Virus record (IMG/VR): IMGVR_UViG_2724679237_000006
Location: 1 to 52,515 of that record
Strand: one strand, 5' to 3'
Length of the DNA stretch: 52,515 nucleotides
From: a virus
Taxonomy: Duplodnaviria; Heunggongvirae; Uroviricota; Caudoviricetes
Shown piece by piece: positions 9,070 through 18,855 of the stretch. The position numbers and the translations under genes are program-made. The notes below the pieces were generated by a model. The model saw only the letters and a program-made list of their open reading frames with translations, searched no databases and was not told the origin of the DNA. Positions within the stretch are counted from its first letter, which is position 1, and each line of letters starts with the position of its first letter.

Positions 9070-10037
9070 AAATCATGCCATGTGGGCCAGAAACGACCAT
9101 TATCAAAACCGGTGGGCTTACTTTTGAATACGACTCAATCCTTGCCTGGATTCGGAATTCTGACTGGGCGAAGATTGGATTTAAAAATGATGCCGATGGT
9201 GACACTGATTCATTCATGTGGTTTGAAACGGGAGATAACGGCAATGAATATTTCAAATGGAGAAGCAAACAAAGCACAACAACAAAAGACCTGATGACGC
9301 TGAAATGGGATGCGCTAAATATTCTTGTTAATGCCATTGTAAATGGCGAAGTCATATCAAAATCAGCAAACGGCCTTCGTATTGCTTATGGTAATTACGG
9401 ATTCTTTATTCGTAATGATGGTTCAAACACATACTTCATGTTGACAAACTCCGGTGACAACATGGGGACTTATAACGGATTAAGGCCATTATGGATTAAT
9501 AACGCTACTGGCGCTGTTTCGATGGGGCGTGGCCTTAATGTTTCAGGGGAGACGCTTTCAGACCGTTTTGCTATTAACAGCAGTAATGGTATGTGGATTC
9601 AGATGCGCGATAACAACGCTATCTTTGGGAAAAATATAGTTAACACTGGTAGCGCTCAGGCGTTGCTTCGCCAGAATCACGCTGACCGCAAGTTCATGAT
9701 AGGTGGACTGGGGAACAAGCAATTTGGCATCTACATGATTAATAACTCAAGGACAGCCAATGGTACTGACGGTCAGGCGTATATGGACAATAACGGGAAC
9801 TGGCTTTGTGGTTCACAAATTATTCCCGGAAATTATGGAAATTTTGATTCCCGCTATGTGCGTGACGTTCGCATGGGAGCTAACCAGAGCGGAATAAAAT
9901 GGGGTGGCGAAGGTGGAACACTCCCTGCGGGGTATGTTCTTACAGGTGGTAACTTTGATGACGACTGGGAGTGGCCTGTCTATGCGCCTGTTCAGAAATA
10001 TATTAATGGTCAGTGGTACAATGTAGGACGTGCTTAA
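9051..10037 (+). CDS. Alternative (currently unfused) tail-fibre C-terminal variable domain
   Basis: Open frame starts right after a stop at 9048-9050, lacks a conserved N-terminus, and ends [11 protein letters not shown], paralleling the expressed H C-terminus INGTWYNAGSI. Confidence 0.7.
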   Translation: MSRSKAQIMPCGPETTIIKTGGLTFEYDSILAWIRNSDWAKIGFKNDADGDTDSFMWFETGDNGNEYFKWRSKQSTTTKDLMTLKWDALNILVNAIVNGEVISKSANGLRIAYGNYGFFIRNDGSNTYFMLTNSGDNMGTYNGLRPLWINNATGAVSMGRGLNVSGETLSDRFAINSSNGMWIQMRDNNAIFGKNIVNTGSAQALLRQNHADRKFMIGGLGNKQFGIYMINNSRTANGTDGQAYMDNNGNWLCGSQIIPGNYGNFDSRYVRDVRMGANQSGIKWGGEGGTLPAGYVLTGGNFDDDWEWPVYAPVQKYINGQWYNVGRA

Positions 10038-10566
10038 TATGCAGCATTTAAAAAATATTAAAGCAGGAAATCCAAAAACTATCGAACAGTATCAACTTAC
10101 AAAAGAATTTGATGTTGTCTGGTTATGGTCGGAAGAAGGTAAGAACTGGTATGAGGAACAAAAAAACTTCCAGCCAGACACGTTAAAAGTGGCATATAAC
10201 CAGGAGGGTATTATTTGCTGCATAGAGAAAGACGCATCCCTGATTAATCCAGAGGGAATGAGTGTTATTGAGTTACCCAATATTACGGTAAACCGACGCG
10301 CTGATATTTCCGGCAACTGGATGATTAAGGATGGTGCTGTAATTAAAAGAGTCTATACAGAAGATGAATTACAACAGCAGGCTGAATCACAAAAAGCAGC
10401 TTTGCTTTCCGAAGCTGAATCAGTCATCCGGCTGCTGGAACGTGCCGTCAGGATGAATCTGGCAACAGATGAGGAACGTACACGGCTGGATGGCTGGGAA
10501 CGCTACAGCGTTCTGCTCAGCCGCGTGGATACGGCAAATCCTGAATGGCCACAAAAGCCTGAATAA
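10030..10566 (+). CDS. Alternative tail-fibre assembly protein
   Basis: 178 aa; N-terminus [21 protein letters not shown] almost identical to the oppositely oriented assembly protein at 10593-11126, C-terminus diverged. Confidence 0.8.
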   Translation: MLNMQHLKNIKAGNPKTIEQYQLTKEFDVVWLWSEEGKNWYEEQKNFQPDTLKVAYNQEGIICCIEKDASLINPEGMSVIELPNITVNRRADISGNWMIKDGAVIKRVYTEDELQQQAESQKAALLSEAESVIRLLERAVRMNLATDEERTRLDGWERYSVLLSRVDTANPEWPQKPE

Positions 10567-10592
10567 AAAATAAGGCCCGAACGGGCCTTCTC

Positions 10593-11126
10593 TCATTCTG
10601 GTTGTTCGGGGAACGTGACTGGCAGGACGGAGGTATCCGTAGACTCTACTTTCTGCGCGTAGAGCAGCCACTCGGTCAATTTTTGTTTATTCTCAGCAGA
10701 AATAATTCCAAGTCGTAGCTGAGAATCCCATAGCTGAGTTTTATCCCTGACGAGTTGTAACAGGTTTTGCTTCTCATTTTCCGCCTGTTGTCTCTGTTCT
10801 TCTTCGGTATATTCCCGCTTTATCACTGCGCCATCTTTGAACATCCAGTTACCAGAAATATCGACCCGCCTATTGGCTGTAATATCAGGAACCTCAACAA
10901 CGCTTAAACCTTCGGGATTAATTGTCGATACATCCTTATCTACAGCCACAATGATTCCATCGGCAGTGTAAGCAAATTTTATTGTATCTTCCTGAAAGTT
11001 TTTCTGTTCCTCATACCAGTTTTTATCGTCATCAGAATACAACCAGACAACGCCAAATTGTCGTGTTAATTTATATTGTTCTACGGTTTTGGGGTTTCCT
11101 GCTTTAATATTTTTTAAATGCATCAT
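10593..11126 (-). CDS. G: Tail-fibre assembly protein (expressed orientation)
   Basis: 177 aa directly downstream of H on the same strand. Confidence 0.8.
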   Translation of the reverse strand: MMHLKNIKAGNPKTVEQYKLTRQFGVVWLYSDDDKNWYEEQKNFQEDTIKFAYTADGIIVAVDKDVSTINPEGLSVVEVPDITANRRVDISGNWMFKDGAVIKREYTEEEQRQQAENEKQNLLQLVRDKTQLWDSQLRLGIISAENKQKLTEWLLYAQKVESTDTSVLPVTFPEQPE

Positions 11127-11128
11127 AA

Positions 11129-13357
11129 TTAAATACTTCCCGCATTATACCAGGTGCCATTGATACAATATTGCACTGGCCTTGCCTGTGTTGTATCAAT
11201 AAGTTCATCTTTGTTTGAGTTAACGGAACCTGTAACAACGTAACCAGATTTATCGCCCCAGCCAGGACCATTCCATGTTTGCGCTGATGATTTTGTACCT
11301 AATCGAATACCTGTAATAAATTGTGAATTACATTCCGCTTTAGTATATGCCCCAACATCTGCTGCTGAAGGTTTTCGGGTTGTGGTGTAAAACTCTGACC
11401 AGTCAGCCTCGAAGCCATAACCATCACGCGCTGAACGATAATAAATACCACCGTTCTTATAATTTACGCGGAACTGTACAGCAGGGCAGCTACCCGCGTT
11501 CATATTGAAGTGGAGGATTAATGTCGATGCGCCACCAATATTTGCGTTATATACCCCGCTATTCCAGTTCCAGCCAACAGCTTTATCATTTCCGACAGTG
11601 CTTCCTGTTTGCCCTAAAGCAAAAGCGGCCTGCTGATTTTTCGTGTTGTAGTCACGTCGCCAGCCAGGTAAATACTCTGAACCGTGGTTAATATATATAA
11701 ATTGCGCATTAGTGGTGCCACCACTGCTAGAGGTACTCGGTGTGGTTATACGAATGGTCATGGCGCCTTTATTGCCCATAACTTCAATAACGCAACCCGC
11801 AAGGTGAATAAGTCCACATCCGGTGTCAGTAATAATTTTATTATTGCCGTATGACCATGAGCATTTACACAGCCAGTATGGATGATTGAAGGCCCACTGA
11901 GATTCCAGCCATTCAATAAATTGCGCCGTCGTCCAGTTTCCTGCACCTGTGCTAATAGAACCATGAAAAGAGCGGCAAGCACCTATTGTTTGCGTAAATT
12001 TATCTTTGTTTGGAATATCTGCGCCGTTCTGGTCTTTCTGCAATGCGCCAGCGGCCTGATTTACCGTTTCCTGCAAACCGAGGTATTCGATAACGGCGGC
12101 AACGGTCGCTTTAGCCAGAATATCCCGCCCGACTTTTGTCAGAGTTGCCAGGCTGGCGGTGTCATTCCCTGTAAAATACGGAAACCTGTCTGCCGCAGTA
12201 GCAAGCCCAGCCAGCGCCGTCAGGGTGGCGTCTTTCGGCTGCTTGCCCGCAAGCGCGTTGGTCATAGTAGTCGCAAAGTTCGGGTCATTGCCCAATGCCG
12301 CAGCCAGCTCGTTCAGCGTATTCAGTGCGTCAGGTGATGAGTCTACAAGTGCGGCAATCGCGGCCATAACGAACGCCGTGTTTGCTATCTGAGTATTGTT
12401 AGTACCCTTTGGCGCAGTTGGTGCGGTTGGCGTTCCGGTGAGTGCCGGACTCGACAGCGGCGCTTTCTTGTTCGTTTCATCCATTACCGCCTTAACAGCT
12501 TTTGGCGTCGCAGCCAGCGTTTCAGACGGGCTGTTGGTTGCACTACTGAGCTGGACAAGGCCTTTTCGCGCTGTGGTGGCGTCCTGTGCAGTATATTTCC
12601 CGTTAGCAAGGTCATAGGCGGCCTTTACCGCTTTCGGCGTTGCCGCCATCATTTCAGACACGCTGTTAGTGGCGCTACTGAGCTGGACAAGGCCTTTTTG
12701 CTCTGTGGTGGCATCCTGTGCGGTATATTTCCTGTTAGCAAGGTCATATGCAGCCTTTACCGCTTTCGGCGTTGCGGCCAGTGCTTCAGACGTGCTGTTG
12801 GTCGCACTGCTTAACTGAGTAAAGCCTTTTGCGGTCAGCGAGGCATCCGGGTGACGTCGTGACTGTTCATGCTCTTTTAGTTTGTCATCCACGTAATCCA
12901 CCGTGGCCATCACCATGGTGTTATCCACGGTAAGCGCCACGGTGGCCGTGCTGGATACGGTCAGGATGGTGCGAAATGTTTGCGCACGCCCGGACCCTTC
13001 GGCAACGGCTGGCTTGTAACTTTCGGCAGTATTTCCCACCGCGATTAAATCGCCGTGCTCATCAAACACACCAATTTCCCGGATCCAGAATCCGCCCGTT
13101 TCTGGAGGAATAACCAGCTCCGCAATAATGCGGTTCTGATGTGTTGCGTCCAGGAAGACGCGATTAACGGTATGTCGCCACACCTCATGCACAAGACGGG
13201 TCTGCTTACTGTCTGGCGTGGGTAAAGTACCGCCGCCGTCACCCACGGCCATATGTGTCAGGCGGACGGGTTTGCCATCTGGTGCGGCTGCCTGTGCTAA
13301 TTTTTTTGCACCCGTATCAGTGATAACGGTTTTAAATTTTCGTGTTGTGGTACTCAT
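11129..13357 (-). CDS. H: Tail fibre protein H
   Basis: 742 aa; N-terminus (KFKTVITDTGAKKLA...HMAVGDGGG...HEVWRH...IAELVIPPE.GGFW.RE.G) matches P2 H as recalled. Confidence 0.85.
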   Translation of the reverse strand: MSTTTRKFKTVITDTGAKKLAQAAAPDGKPVRLTHMAVGDGGGTLPTPDSKQTRLVHEVWRHTVNRVFLDATHQNRIIAELVIPPETGGFWIREIGVFDEHGDLIAVGNTAESYKPAVAEGSGRAQTFRTILTVSSTATVALTVDNTMVMATVDYVDDKLKEHEQSRRHPDASLTAKGFTQLSSATNSTSEALAATPKAVKAAYDLANRKYTAQDATTEQKGLVQLSSATNSVSEMMAATPKAVKAAYDLANGKYTAQDATTARKGLVQLSSATNSPSETLAATPKAVKAVMDETNKKAPLSSPALTGTPTAPTAPKGTNNTQIANTAFVMAAIAALVDSSPDALNTLNELAAALGNDPNFATTMTNALAGKQPKDATLTALAGLATAADRFPYFTGNDTASLATLTKVGRDILAKATVAAVIEYLGLQETVNQAAGALQKDQNGADIPNKDKFTQTIGACRSFHGSISTGAGNWTTAQFIEWLESQWAFNHPYWLCKCSWSYGNNKIITDTGCGLIHLAGCVIEVMGNKGAMTIRITTPSTSSSGGTTNAQFIYINHGSEYLPGWRRDYNTKNQQAAFALGQTGSTVGNDKAVGWNWNSGVYNANIGGASTLILHFNMNAGSCPAVQFRVNYKNGGIYYRSARDGYGFEADWSEFYTTTRKPSAADVGAYTKAECNSQFITGIRLGTKSSAQTWNGPGWGDKSGYVVTGSVNSNKDELIDTTQARPVQYCINGTWYNAGSI
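12440..12850 (-). repeat. Tandem in-frame repeats (about 132 bp / 44 aa, 2-3 copies) inside H
   Basis: Peptide unit KG(L/F)(V/T)QLSSATNS.SE..AATPKAVKAAYDLAN.KYTAQDATT repeated; corresponding DNA repeats are visible. Confidence 0.7.
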
Positions 13358-13359
13358 GC

Positions 13360-13890
13360 TTAATCGCCTGGATAAATGGTGATAACTTCACCGTCATAAG
13401 TTGCCGCCGCTGCGAAAATATCCCCCGGGATTTCCTGAATGATATTCAGTCCTGTCATGTGGCGGCTGACCGGGCGGGCATCAGCAATCAACCGCTCCAT
13501 TTCCAGATACATTTCCTCCGTCACACCGCTGTCCAGCGTGCCGACTTCAACGGTAAATGTTCCCGGTTCTCCGCCGAACTCCCACCACTCAGACACGCGA
13601 ATGAGGTATCCCAGCGGCTCAATGGCCCGGCGCAGTGCGCTGATGGTCCCCTTGTGTCGGTGTATCAGCCACGCATCGCGAATCACCTGGCGCTTTGTTT
13701 CCTCCGGCCAGTTGCGGTCCCAGCGGTCAACGGAAAACGCCCAGGCGAGATAAGGCAGCAGATGCACCGGGCATGTGTCCGGCGACCACAGCGTGTTGAG
13801 GTCTACCGGAATGTCTGTAATGCGCGTTCCGACGGCTTCGGCACAACGCATGAAATTGCTGGCTGATGGTGGTAACAGTGAATTACTCAT
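13360..13890 (-). CDS. I: Baseplate protein I
   Basis: Matches P2 gpI as recalled (LWNPDTCP..LLP.LAWAFSVDRWD, IRDA...H.KGTI.A.RR..EPLGYLI.V.EWWE, MERLIADA.P.SRH). Start assumed at MSNSLL (13890). Confidence 0.85.
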   Translation of the reverse strand: MSNSLLPPSASNFMRCAEAVGTRITDIPVDLNTLWSPDTCPVHLLPYLAWAFSVDRWDRNWPEETKRQVIRDAWLIHRHKGTISALRRAIEPLGYLIRVSEWWEFGGEPGTFTVEVGTLDSGVTEEMYLEMERLIADARPVSRHMTGLNIIQEIPGDIFAAAATYDGEVITIYPGD

Positions 13891-14779
13891 TGCGCCCACC
13901 TTCGCTGATGGTGAATGACTCACAACGCGCCGCCTGTATGTCGCTGATGGCTATATTCTGGGTGGGTTCGATTATCTCCACGCGTTGCACGCCGTGCACA
14001 TGAAGTGCGGCAGCAATGGCTGACAGCGCCACGTCCTGACCGATAAGTCCCTGCTCAGACAGCCACTTCCTGAACGACGATTCCGCAGCGGCCAGAATAG
14101 GTTCGGATTCCGGGCCGGGGTAAAAGTACAGTTTTGCATTCAGCCGCCATGTCACGATTCTGGCGCTCTGTACGGTCAGGCGGTCTGCCACCGGGCGGGT
14201 ATCCTCTGCATTCAGAACGGCGCGAACGGTATTAAGCAACGCCTCCGTTGCCGTGCCGTCGCCTTCAGTGGACAGGATGGAAACCGTCACATTTGCCGGA
14301 GACGGACTGATAGCCCGCGCATCACGCACCAGACCGCTGGCGCTGCGGGCAAAATACTCGTATGCACCTGACGGGCCAGCAACACTCAGGCCGTCGTACG
14401 CCCGCTGCGCCCGCAGTCTCAGCGAGGTGTCGCTCTCCATCACCGCGTCGGTGGTATCCGTTGCCGGAGTGATAACCAGGCGCTTTGTGTTCATATTGCC
14501 CGCGAGGTTGTCCAGGTTTGTCCCTGAACCGTGGCTTAACATGCAGGCGCGTGCGCCCTCGTTAACCCGCTGGCGTAACAGCATTTCACGAAACGACATG
14601 GTTTGAGCGATAACGTTCAGGGGTTCTGATTCCAGCTCCAGCGCGGCGGAAACGGCTTCACGCTGTTCGGCGGGATAAGCCGCAATCATCATGGCCTTTG
14701 TGTCAGCCAGAATTGCCTCAAAATCAGGCTCCGCGATGATGGCGGGTTCCGGTAACTGTGAAAGGTCAACGGCAGGCAT
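13883..14779 (-). CDS. J: Baseplate assembly protein J
   Basis: 298 aa between W and I in P2 order. Confidence 0.8.
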   Translation of the reverse strand: MPAVDLSQLPEPAIIAEPDFEAILADTKAMMIAAYPAEQREAVSAALELESEPLNVIAQTMSFREMLLRQRVNEGARACMLSHGSGTNLDNLAGNMNTKRLVITPATDTTDAVMESDTSLRLRAQRAYDGLSVAGPSGAYEYFARSASGLVRDARAISPSPANVTVSILSTEGDGTATEALLNTVRAVLNAEDTRPVADRLTVQSARIVTWRLNAKLYFYPGPESEPILAAAESSFRKWLSEQGLIGQDVALSAIAAALHVHGVQRVEIIEPTQNIAISDIQAARCESFTISEGGRNE

Positions 14780-14782
14780 GAT

Positions 14783-15133
14783 TTACTCCCTCAGCGTGAT
14801 GGTTAATTCAACATTCTGCATGGTCTGAATGACAGTACCCGATAGTGTCACCCCGGCGCGGCCTCCCGCCTTCCAGACAACATCAATGGCGCTCAGGGCA
14901 ATGCGTGGCTCCCATCGTGTCAGTGCAATCACAGCAGCGCTCATGCATTGCAGACGCGTGGTGTTATTCATGGGTTCGTCAATCAAATCAGGGACAAGAC
15001 TGCCATATTCCCGTCGCATAACCCGGCTTGCCAGCGGGGTGGTCAGGATGTCCCTGACTGACTGTTTCAGGTGCTCCATATCGTTCAGGTTTCCCGTCCC
15101 GTCCGGGTTCATTCCTGTGTAGCGGGTTGTCAC
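14783..15133 (-). CDS. W: Baseplate protein W (gp25-like)
   Basis: 116 aa; position between V and J. Confidence 0.75.
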   Translation of the reverse strand: MTTRYTGMNPDGTGNLNDMEHLKQSVRDILTTPLASRVMRREYGSLVPDLIDEPMNNTTRLQCMSAAVIALTRWEPRIALSAIDVVWKAGGRAGVTLSGTVIQTMQNVELTITLRE

Positions 15134-15711
15134 TGCGGTCCTCCTGTCGAATCGCTGCCACCTTTAACGCCACCGTGTTTATGCGTATGCACAGTGATGC
15201 CGTTTGAGGTGAAATTGCCGCCGCTGTGCGTGATATTGCCGCTCATCTTTCCCCCTTTTGTGACGTCAATCTCGGCTGTTTTCAGTAGGTTTGTGCACTC
15301 CACGACAGGTGTGTCCAGTTTCACGCTGACGGATGCCTGCAGGGTGGCCGTTTGCACGCCGCTGGCGCTCAGTGCGCCTGCGTCCGCGTCGTAGCAGAAC
15401 ACCGCGCCATCCGGCGCGCTGACCACGATTTCTTTCAGGCTTTTTCCGGGGGCCGGAATGTCATCGCTCCACAGGCTGCCAATTATCATGGCTGTTTCCG
15501 GGTTGCCGCCGATGCAGGCAATTGCCACCTGTTCGCCCACTGATGGCGGCAGCCACACATTGAAGGCTCCCGCGCGCGTGGTGTTCCAGCGCAACCAGCC
15601 TGTTTCCAGTCCGCCGCTGAGGACCCGCACGCACCAGGATTTCTCATCAATTTCAGAGATGATCCCGGTGCGGATGATATTGCTCAGCAGTCTCATAAGT
15701 TCTGCGTTCAC
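15130..15711 (-). CDS. V: Baseplate spike protein V
   Basis: 193 aa; N-terminus MNAELMRLLSNIIRTGIISEID typical of gpV. Confidence 0.8.
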   Translation of the reverse strand: MNAELMRLLSNIIRTGIISEIDEKSWCVRVLSGGLETGWLRWNTTRAGAFNVWLPPSVGEQVAIACIGGNPETAMIIGSLWSDDIPAPGKSLKEIVVSAPDGAVFCYDADAGALSASGVQTATLQASVSVKLDTPVVECTNLLKTAEIDVTKGGKMSGNITHSGGNFTSNGITVHTHKHGGVKGGSDSTGGPQ

Positions 15712-16343
15712 TGTACTGCCTCCGCAATCCGGCCCAGCACCGTGTTATAAATCAGGCGCTCATCCGCCTGACTGATACCCAGCAGCTCACGTACCGGATA
15801 ATTGGTGAAAATACCCGGCGCAACCTGATCGCGTTCACCGAACTGATGAACGCGTGCAATACGTGCGGCCACGCCGCTGTAACCCACTGTCACACCGGAG
15901 GCATCCGCGCGGGCTTTCAGGTAACGGGCGGTGCGCAGTTTTACGAACATGGGGACGTGCTTTGTGCTGTCCTGGTTGATACGTCGGGTGCGTATTTCCA
16001 GAAAACGGTCGATGTCATCCCGGTAAAACGTGCGGATATTGTTTTTATCCTCATCCCACCCGGTAATGGTTCGCCCGTATTTCCCTGTGTCGTGATGCCA
16101 GTTTTTCAGCGTGCGTGTTTCGTTATTCCAGATAAAGCGAATGCGCTCCTGTATCCGGGTTACGCGGCGTCTGCGTGGTGTCCATGCGGTCCCGTCCGGC
16201 GCTTTCTGTGACCGGATACGTGCCTGCTGGGCGCGGCGTAAATCCTGTGCCAGCTTTCTGGCGATGTTATTGATGGCCTGCTGATTCAGGCTGTCGCGGA
16301 TAGCCTCGAAGGTTTCATCCGCGCGGGTGAATGCCTTATCCAT
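15708..16343 (-). CDS. Tail completion / virion morphogenesis protein (S-like)
   Basis: 211 aa at the S position between R and V; larger than P2 S. Confidence 0.6.
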   Translation of the reverse strand: MDKAFTRADETFEAIRDSLNQQAINNIARKLAQDLRRAQQARIRSQKAPDGTAWTPRRRRVTRIQERIRFIWNNETRTLKNWHHDTGKYGRTITGWDEDKNNIRTFYRDDIDRFLEIRTRRINQDSTKHVPMFVKLRTARYLKARADASGVTVGYSGVAARIARVHQFGERDQVAPGIFTNYPVRELLGISQADERLIYNTVLGRIAEAVQ

Positions 16344-16803
16344 CGCTTTCGCCCCACGTCACATCCTGGAATACATGTGACCAGTCGCCTTCGGAAGATG
16401 GCAGGCGGGGTTTTGGCTCCGGCAGGTGTTCTGCCTGTGGTGTGCCCTGACTGCTGCGCGTGACGCGAACGCGCTCCCGCAGGGGCAGTGTAAACAGGAT
16501 GTCGGCGCTGTCATCGTCATTAATAACGGCAGAAAATTTGATGTCCTGATTACGCTCAGGGTTGAGCAACAACTGCGGCTGATTCTCCGACAACCACGCC
16601 AGCAGCGGCAGAGTCAGGTCGTCCAGCTCCCCGGCGTAATCCATGACAAACATCACCATCTGATAGCGGTAAGCAAACGAGGGAGTTTCTCCGGTCGTTT
16701 CAATGTTGCCGCTCTCCACGAAAATGGTGAATTTCTCCGGGTTGGCGTGACACCATCGACATGAACGGGTCATGGCTTCACGCAGGGAATCAGTTTTCAG
16801 CAT
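16336..16803 (-). CDS. R: Tail completion protein R
   Basis: 155 aa directly after the lysis cassette, as in P2. Confidence 0.7.
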   Translation of the reverse strand: MLKTDSLREAMTRSCRWCHANPEKFTIFVESGNIETTGETPSFAYRYQMVMFVMDYAGELDDLTLPLLAWLSENQPQLLLNPERNQDIKFSAVINDDDSADILFTLPLRERVRVTRSSQGTPQAEHLPEPKPRLPSSEGDWSHVFQDVTWGESDG

Positions 16804-17110
16804 GGCTGTTGTCCTCGTTGTTCAGTCGTTGCAGTCTGCGCTGCTCCAGTAATTCAATGGCCCGTTTATCCGCGTTACAGGTTTCCAGTGCATCCAGAAG
16901 GCGGTCGCCCCATATACCGAGATTTCCCCATGTGGGAGTGTCAGGGAAGGGGGGAGGCGTTACCGGTATGGTCAGCGTCTGCGGTATAAGCCGGACTGAC
17001 GGCGCTGGCCGTGGCGCGTTCTGCGTGCCTGCGCAACCTGTCAGTAAAACGAGCGTCAGGCAAAGCGTGGGCGCATTCATCTTTTGCAATATCGTTGCGT
17101 AGCTGTTCAC
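16790..17110 (-). CDS. Outer-membrane spanin lipoprotein (LysC/Rz1-like)
   Basis: N-terminus has a lipobox (LLTGCAG), Pro-rich body; gene overlaps the 3' part of the i-spanin gene in another frame. Confidence 0.6.
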   Translation of the reverse strand: MNSYATILQKMNAPTLCLTLVLLTGCAGTQNAPRPAPSVRLIPQTLTIPVTPPPFPDTPTWGNLGIWGDRLLDALETCNADKRAIELLEQRRLQRLNNEDNSHAEN

Positions 17111-17348
17111 GTCTGGCCTCTCCGTCCTGATTTCGCTGTTGATTTTCCACGCGGAGTTGCGCCAGCACCTGCTGCATATCCTGTACCCCGGTGCTGATGA
17201 TATTCAGGGTGTCGACGGTGCTTTTCAGGGCGCTGGCCTGCGCTTCGTTTCTGGCGTTCTCCCGGCCCAGCGACCACGACAGACGCATGGATGTTCCCCA
17301 TGCGGCAATCAGAAGGAAAGCGACACCCAGCGTGGGCCAGAGCTTCAT
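16941..17348 (-). CDS. Inner-membrane spanin (LysB/Rz-like)
   Basis: Start MKLWPTLGVAFLLIAAW (TM helix) then coiled-coil; its ATG overlaps the endolysin stop (ATGA at 17345-17348). Confidence 0.6.
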   Translation of the reverse strand: MKLWPTLGVAFLLIAAWGTSMRLSWSLGRENARNEAQASALKSTVDTLNIISTGVQDMQQVLAQLRVENQQRNQDGEARREQLRNDIAKDECAHALPDARFTDRLRRHAERATASAVSPAYTADADHTGNASPLP

Positions 17349-17737
17349 GCCGGATAGGCTCCGTGTGGTAACTGAAAATGTGGTCCGTCTTTCAGGGTCT
17401 TCCAGTCGCCGCCCCATTCCACCGGAATATTCAGTTCCCGGCTGGCCTGTCTGAATGCTGCTGCGATTTTTTCGTACAGCGGCCATTCCCATGACACCTG
17501 GCTGCCGATATAAGCCACAACATCCACGGCATGCCCCGTAAGGTGGCGGCTGTTCATGGTCTGGCTCTTACCCGTGGCCACCAGTTGCTTCTGGCGGTAA
17601 CGGCTGCGCAACCCTTCGGTGATACCAAAATCCACTTCCGAGATTTCCAGTGCCCGTCGGGTCACTTTCACCAGATCAGGATTTACGCCCTGCAAATTCT
17701 TTTCGCTCCGGCTGCTGAATTTAAATGTGTTGCTCAT
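17345..17737 (-). CDS. Endolysin, peptidase M15 (VanY-like endopeptidase) family
   Basis: 130 aa with HLTGHAVDV and DGPHF zinc-binding motifs typical of M15 endopeptidases. Confidence 0.8.
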   Translation of the reverse strand: MSNTFKFSSRSEKNLQGVNPDLVKVTRRALEISEVDFGITEGLRSRYRQKQLVATGKSQTMNSRHLTGHAVDVVAYIGSQVSWEWPLYEKIAAAFRQASRELNIPVEWGGDWKTLKDGPHFQLPHGAYPA

Positions 17738-18057
17738 TCGTCCTTCTCCTTCACCCTGCGATTAAAGGCCGCAATAACCTTGTCGCGTGCTTTTTCTGCC
17801 CCCATAAAACCGATTGATGCGCCGATAAACGTCACGGCATCTTCAGGAAAACCGAAGAAGCGCAACGACCCGGCCACGGCCATGGCAAGAACGCCGCACG
17901 CCAGCGATCCCGTTACGGTCTGAACCAGTGTTCGTCCGTCATAAAGACTCATCAGCGCGGAAATGCTGACCGCCGCGCCTACTGCATACACCGTTGGCAG
18001 GTGGTCAAGGAGCCACGCAATAACCTGCTCTGTGATCCCTGTTTGAATGGTGCTCAC
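17734..18057 (-). CDS. Putative holin
   Basis: Hydrophobic ORF between X and endolysin with charged C-terminus (RRVKEKDE); start uncertain (GTG 18057 or a downstream Met). Confidence 0.5.
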   Translation of the reverse strand: MSTIQTGITEQVIAWLLDHLPTVYAVGAAVSISALMSLYDGRTLVQTVTGSLACGVLAMAVAGSLRFFGFPEDAVTFIGASIGFMGAEKARDKVIAAFNRRVKEKDE

Positions 18058-18059
18058 CG

Positions 18060-18266
18060 CTACTCTCCCCACAACTGAATCATTTCTCGTTTCTTCTTCT
18101 CCGGCTCCGGCATCTCCACTTCCTGCCCGGCGTTCAGAAATACCTGCTGACAGAGTCCTGGGTTGGCATCCAGCACCTTTTCGGTGACGCCCTGCGTCAT
18201 GCCGTAGTAGCGGAAACAGAGCGAATCCACGGTGTCGCCTGCCAGTGCCTTCACTTTCATCAGCAC
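18060..18266 (-). CDS. X: Tail protein X (LysM-like)
   Basis: 68 aa; ALAGDTVDSLCFRYYG...VLDANPGL matches P2 gpX pattern. Confidence 0.8.
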   Translation of the reverse strand: MLMKVKALAGDTVDSLCFRYYGMTQGVTEKVLDANPGLCQQVFLNAGQEVEMPEPEKKKREMIQLWGE

Positions 18267-18763
18267 AGCTCCGCAAACATTCGTGGTCTTCCCAGAATGT
18301 CAGAGATGGCCCAGCTCACATCGCGCCACAGGTCCGCAGCCTGTGCGTCCAGTGCATCTGCCCGGCGCTCGCCCTTATCCGTTGTGTCCGCATCGCGGTA
18401 ACGCTCCAGAATCAGGGCACGGGTGGCGGTATAAACCGCATTGCGCCAGTGCCAGAGATTGACGCTTTCTCCGTTAATTAATGGCGCCGGGACATCGGCC
18501 AGTGTTTCGTGTCCGGCTGCCTGCTGTTCCTGCTGCCACGCTTCCAGCTCACGGGTAACGTGGGCCACCGCCCCGGTGGCGGTATGCAGCAGGCGGGAGG
18601 TGGTCACGCGGCCCGGCAGTCGTACCGCCAGACGCAGCTCACGCAGCACAATATCCGGCCAGAATGCCCCCGCAGAAATACGGGTATCGCCATCATCGGT
18701 ATCAGTGATGTCATCCTCTGCGGGGCGGGTTTCGGTTCTGGCAACCATACTCATGGGGTTCAC
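18260..18763 (-). CDS. L: Head completion/stabilisation protein L
   Basis: 167 aa following M in P2 order. Confidence 0.75.
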   Translation of the reverse strand: MNPMSMVARTETRPAEDDITDTDDGDTRISAGAFWPDIVLRELRLAVRLPGRVTTSRLLHTATGAVAHVTRELEAWQQEQQAAGHETLADVPAPLINGESVNLWHWRNAVYTATRALILERYRDADTTDKGERRADALDAQAADLWRDVSWAISDILGRPRMFAELC

Positions 18764-18855
18764 TCCTGAAAAAATCGGGCGGTGGGTGCGTGGTGTAAAC
18801 GGTCACGGAGTCAAACCGGAACACCGCGCACGCCGCCCGCTGACGGGGTCAGTCG

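Larger units (their letters stand above)
9046..11850. other. Invertible tail-fibre segment (Mu G / P1 C / e14 P-like); boundaries approximate
   Basis: Invertase adjacent to two head-to-head cassettes, each with a tail-fibre C-terminal variable part plus an assembly protein. Hin/gix-like half-site TTATCAAAACC at 9100-9110. Crossover sites not resolved to base level. Confidence 0.6.

Noticed and set aside
9046-11850. Exact 26-bp crossover (gix/hix-like) sites at both ends of the invertible segment
   Set aside because: A good half-site exists at 9100-9110, but I could not identify an identical inverted partner near 11805-11870 by eye; boundaries are left approximate.
11882-12617. Plus-strand ORFs inside tail fibre gene H
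   Set aside because: Antisense to a well-supported gene, with no start context or domains.
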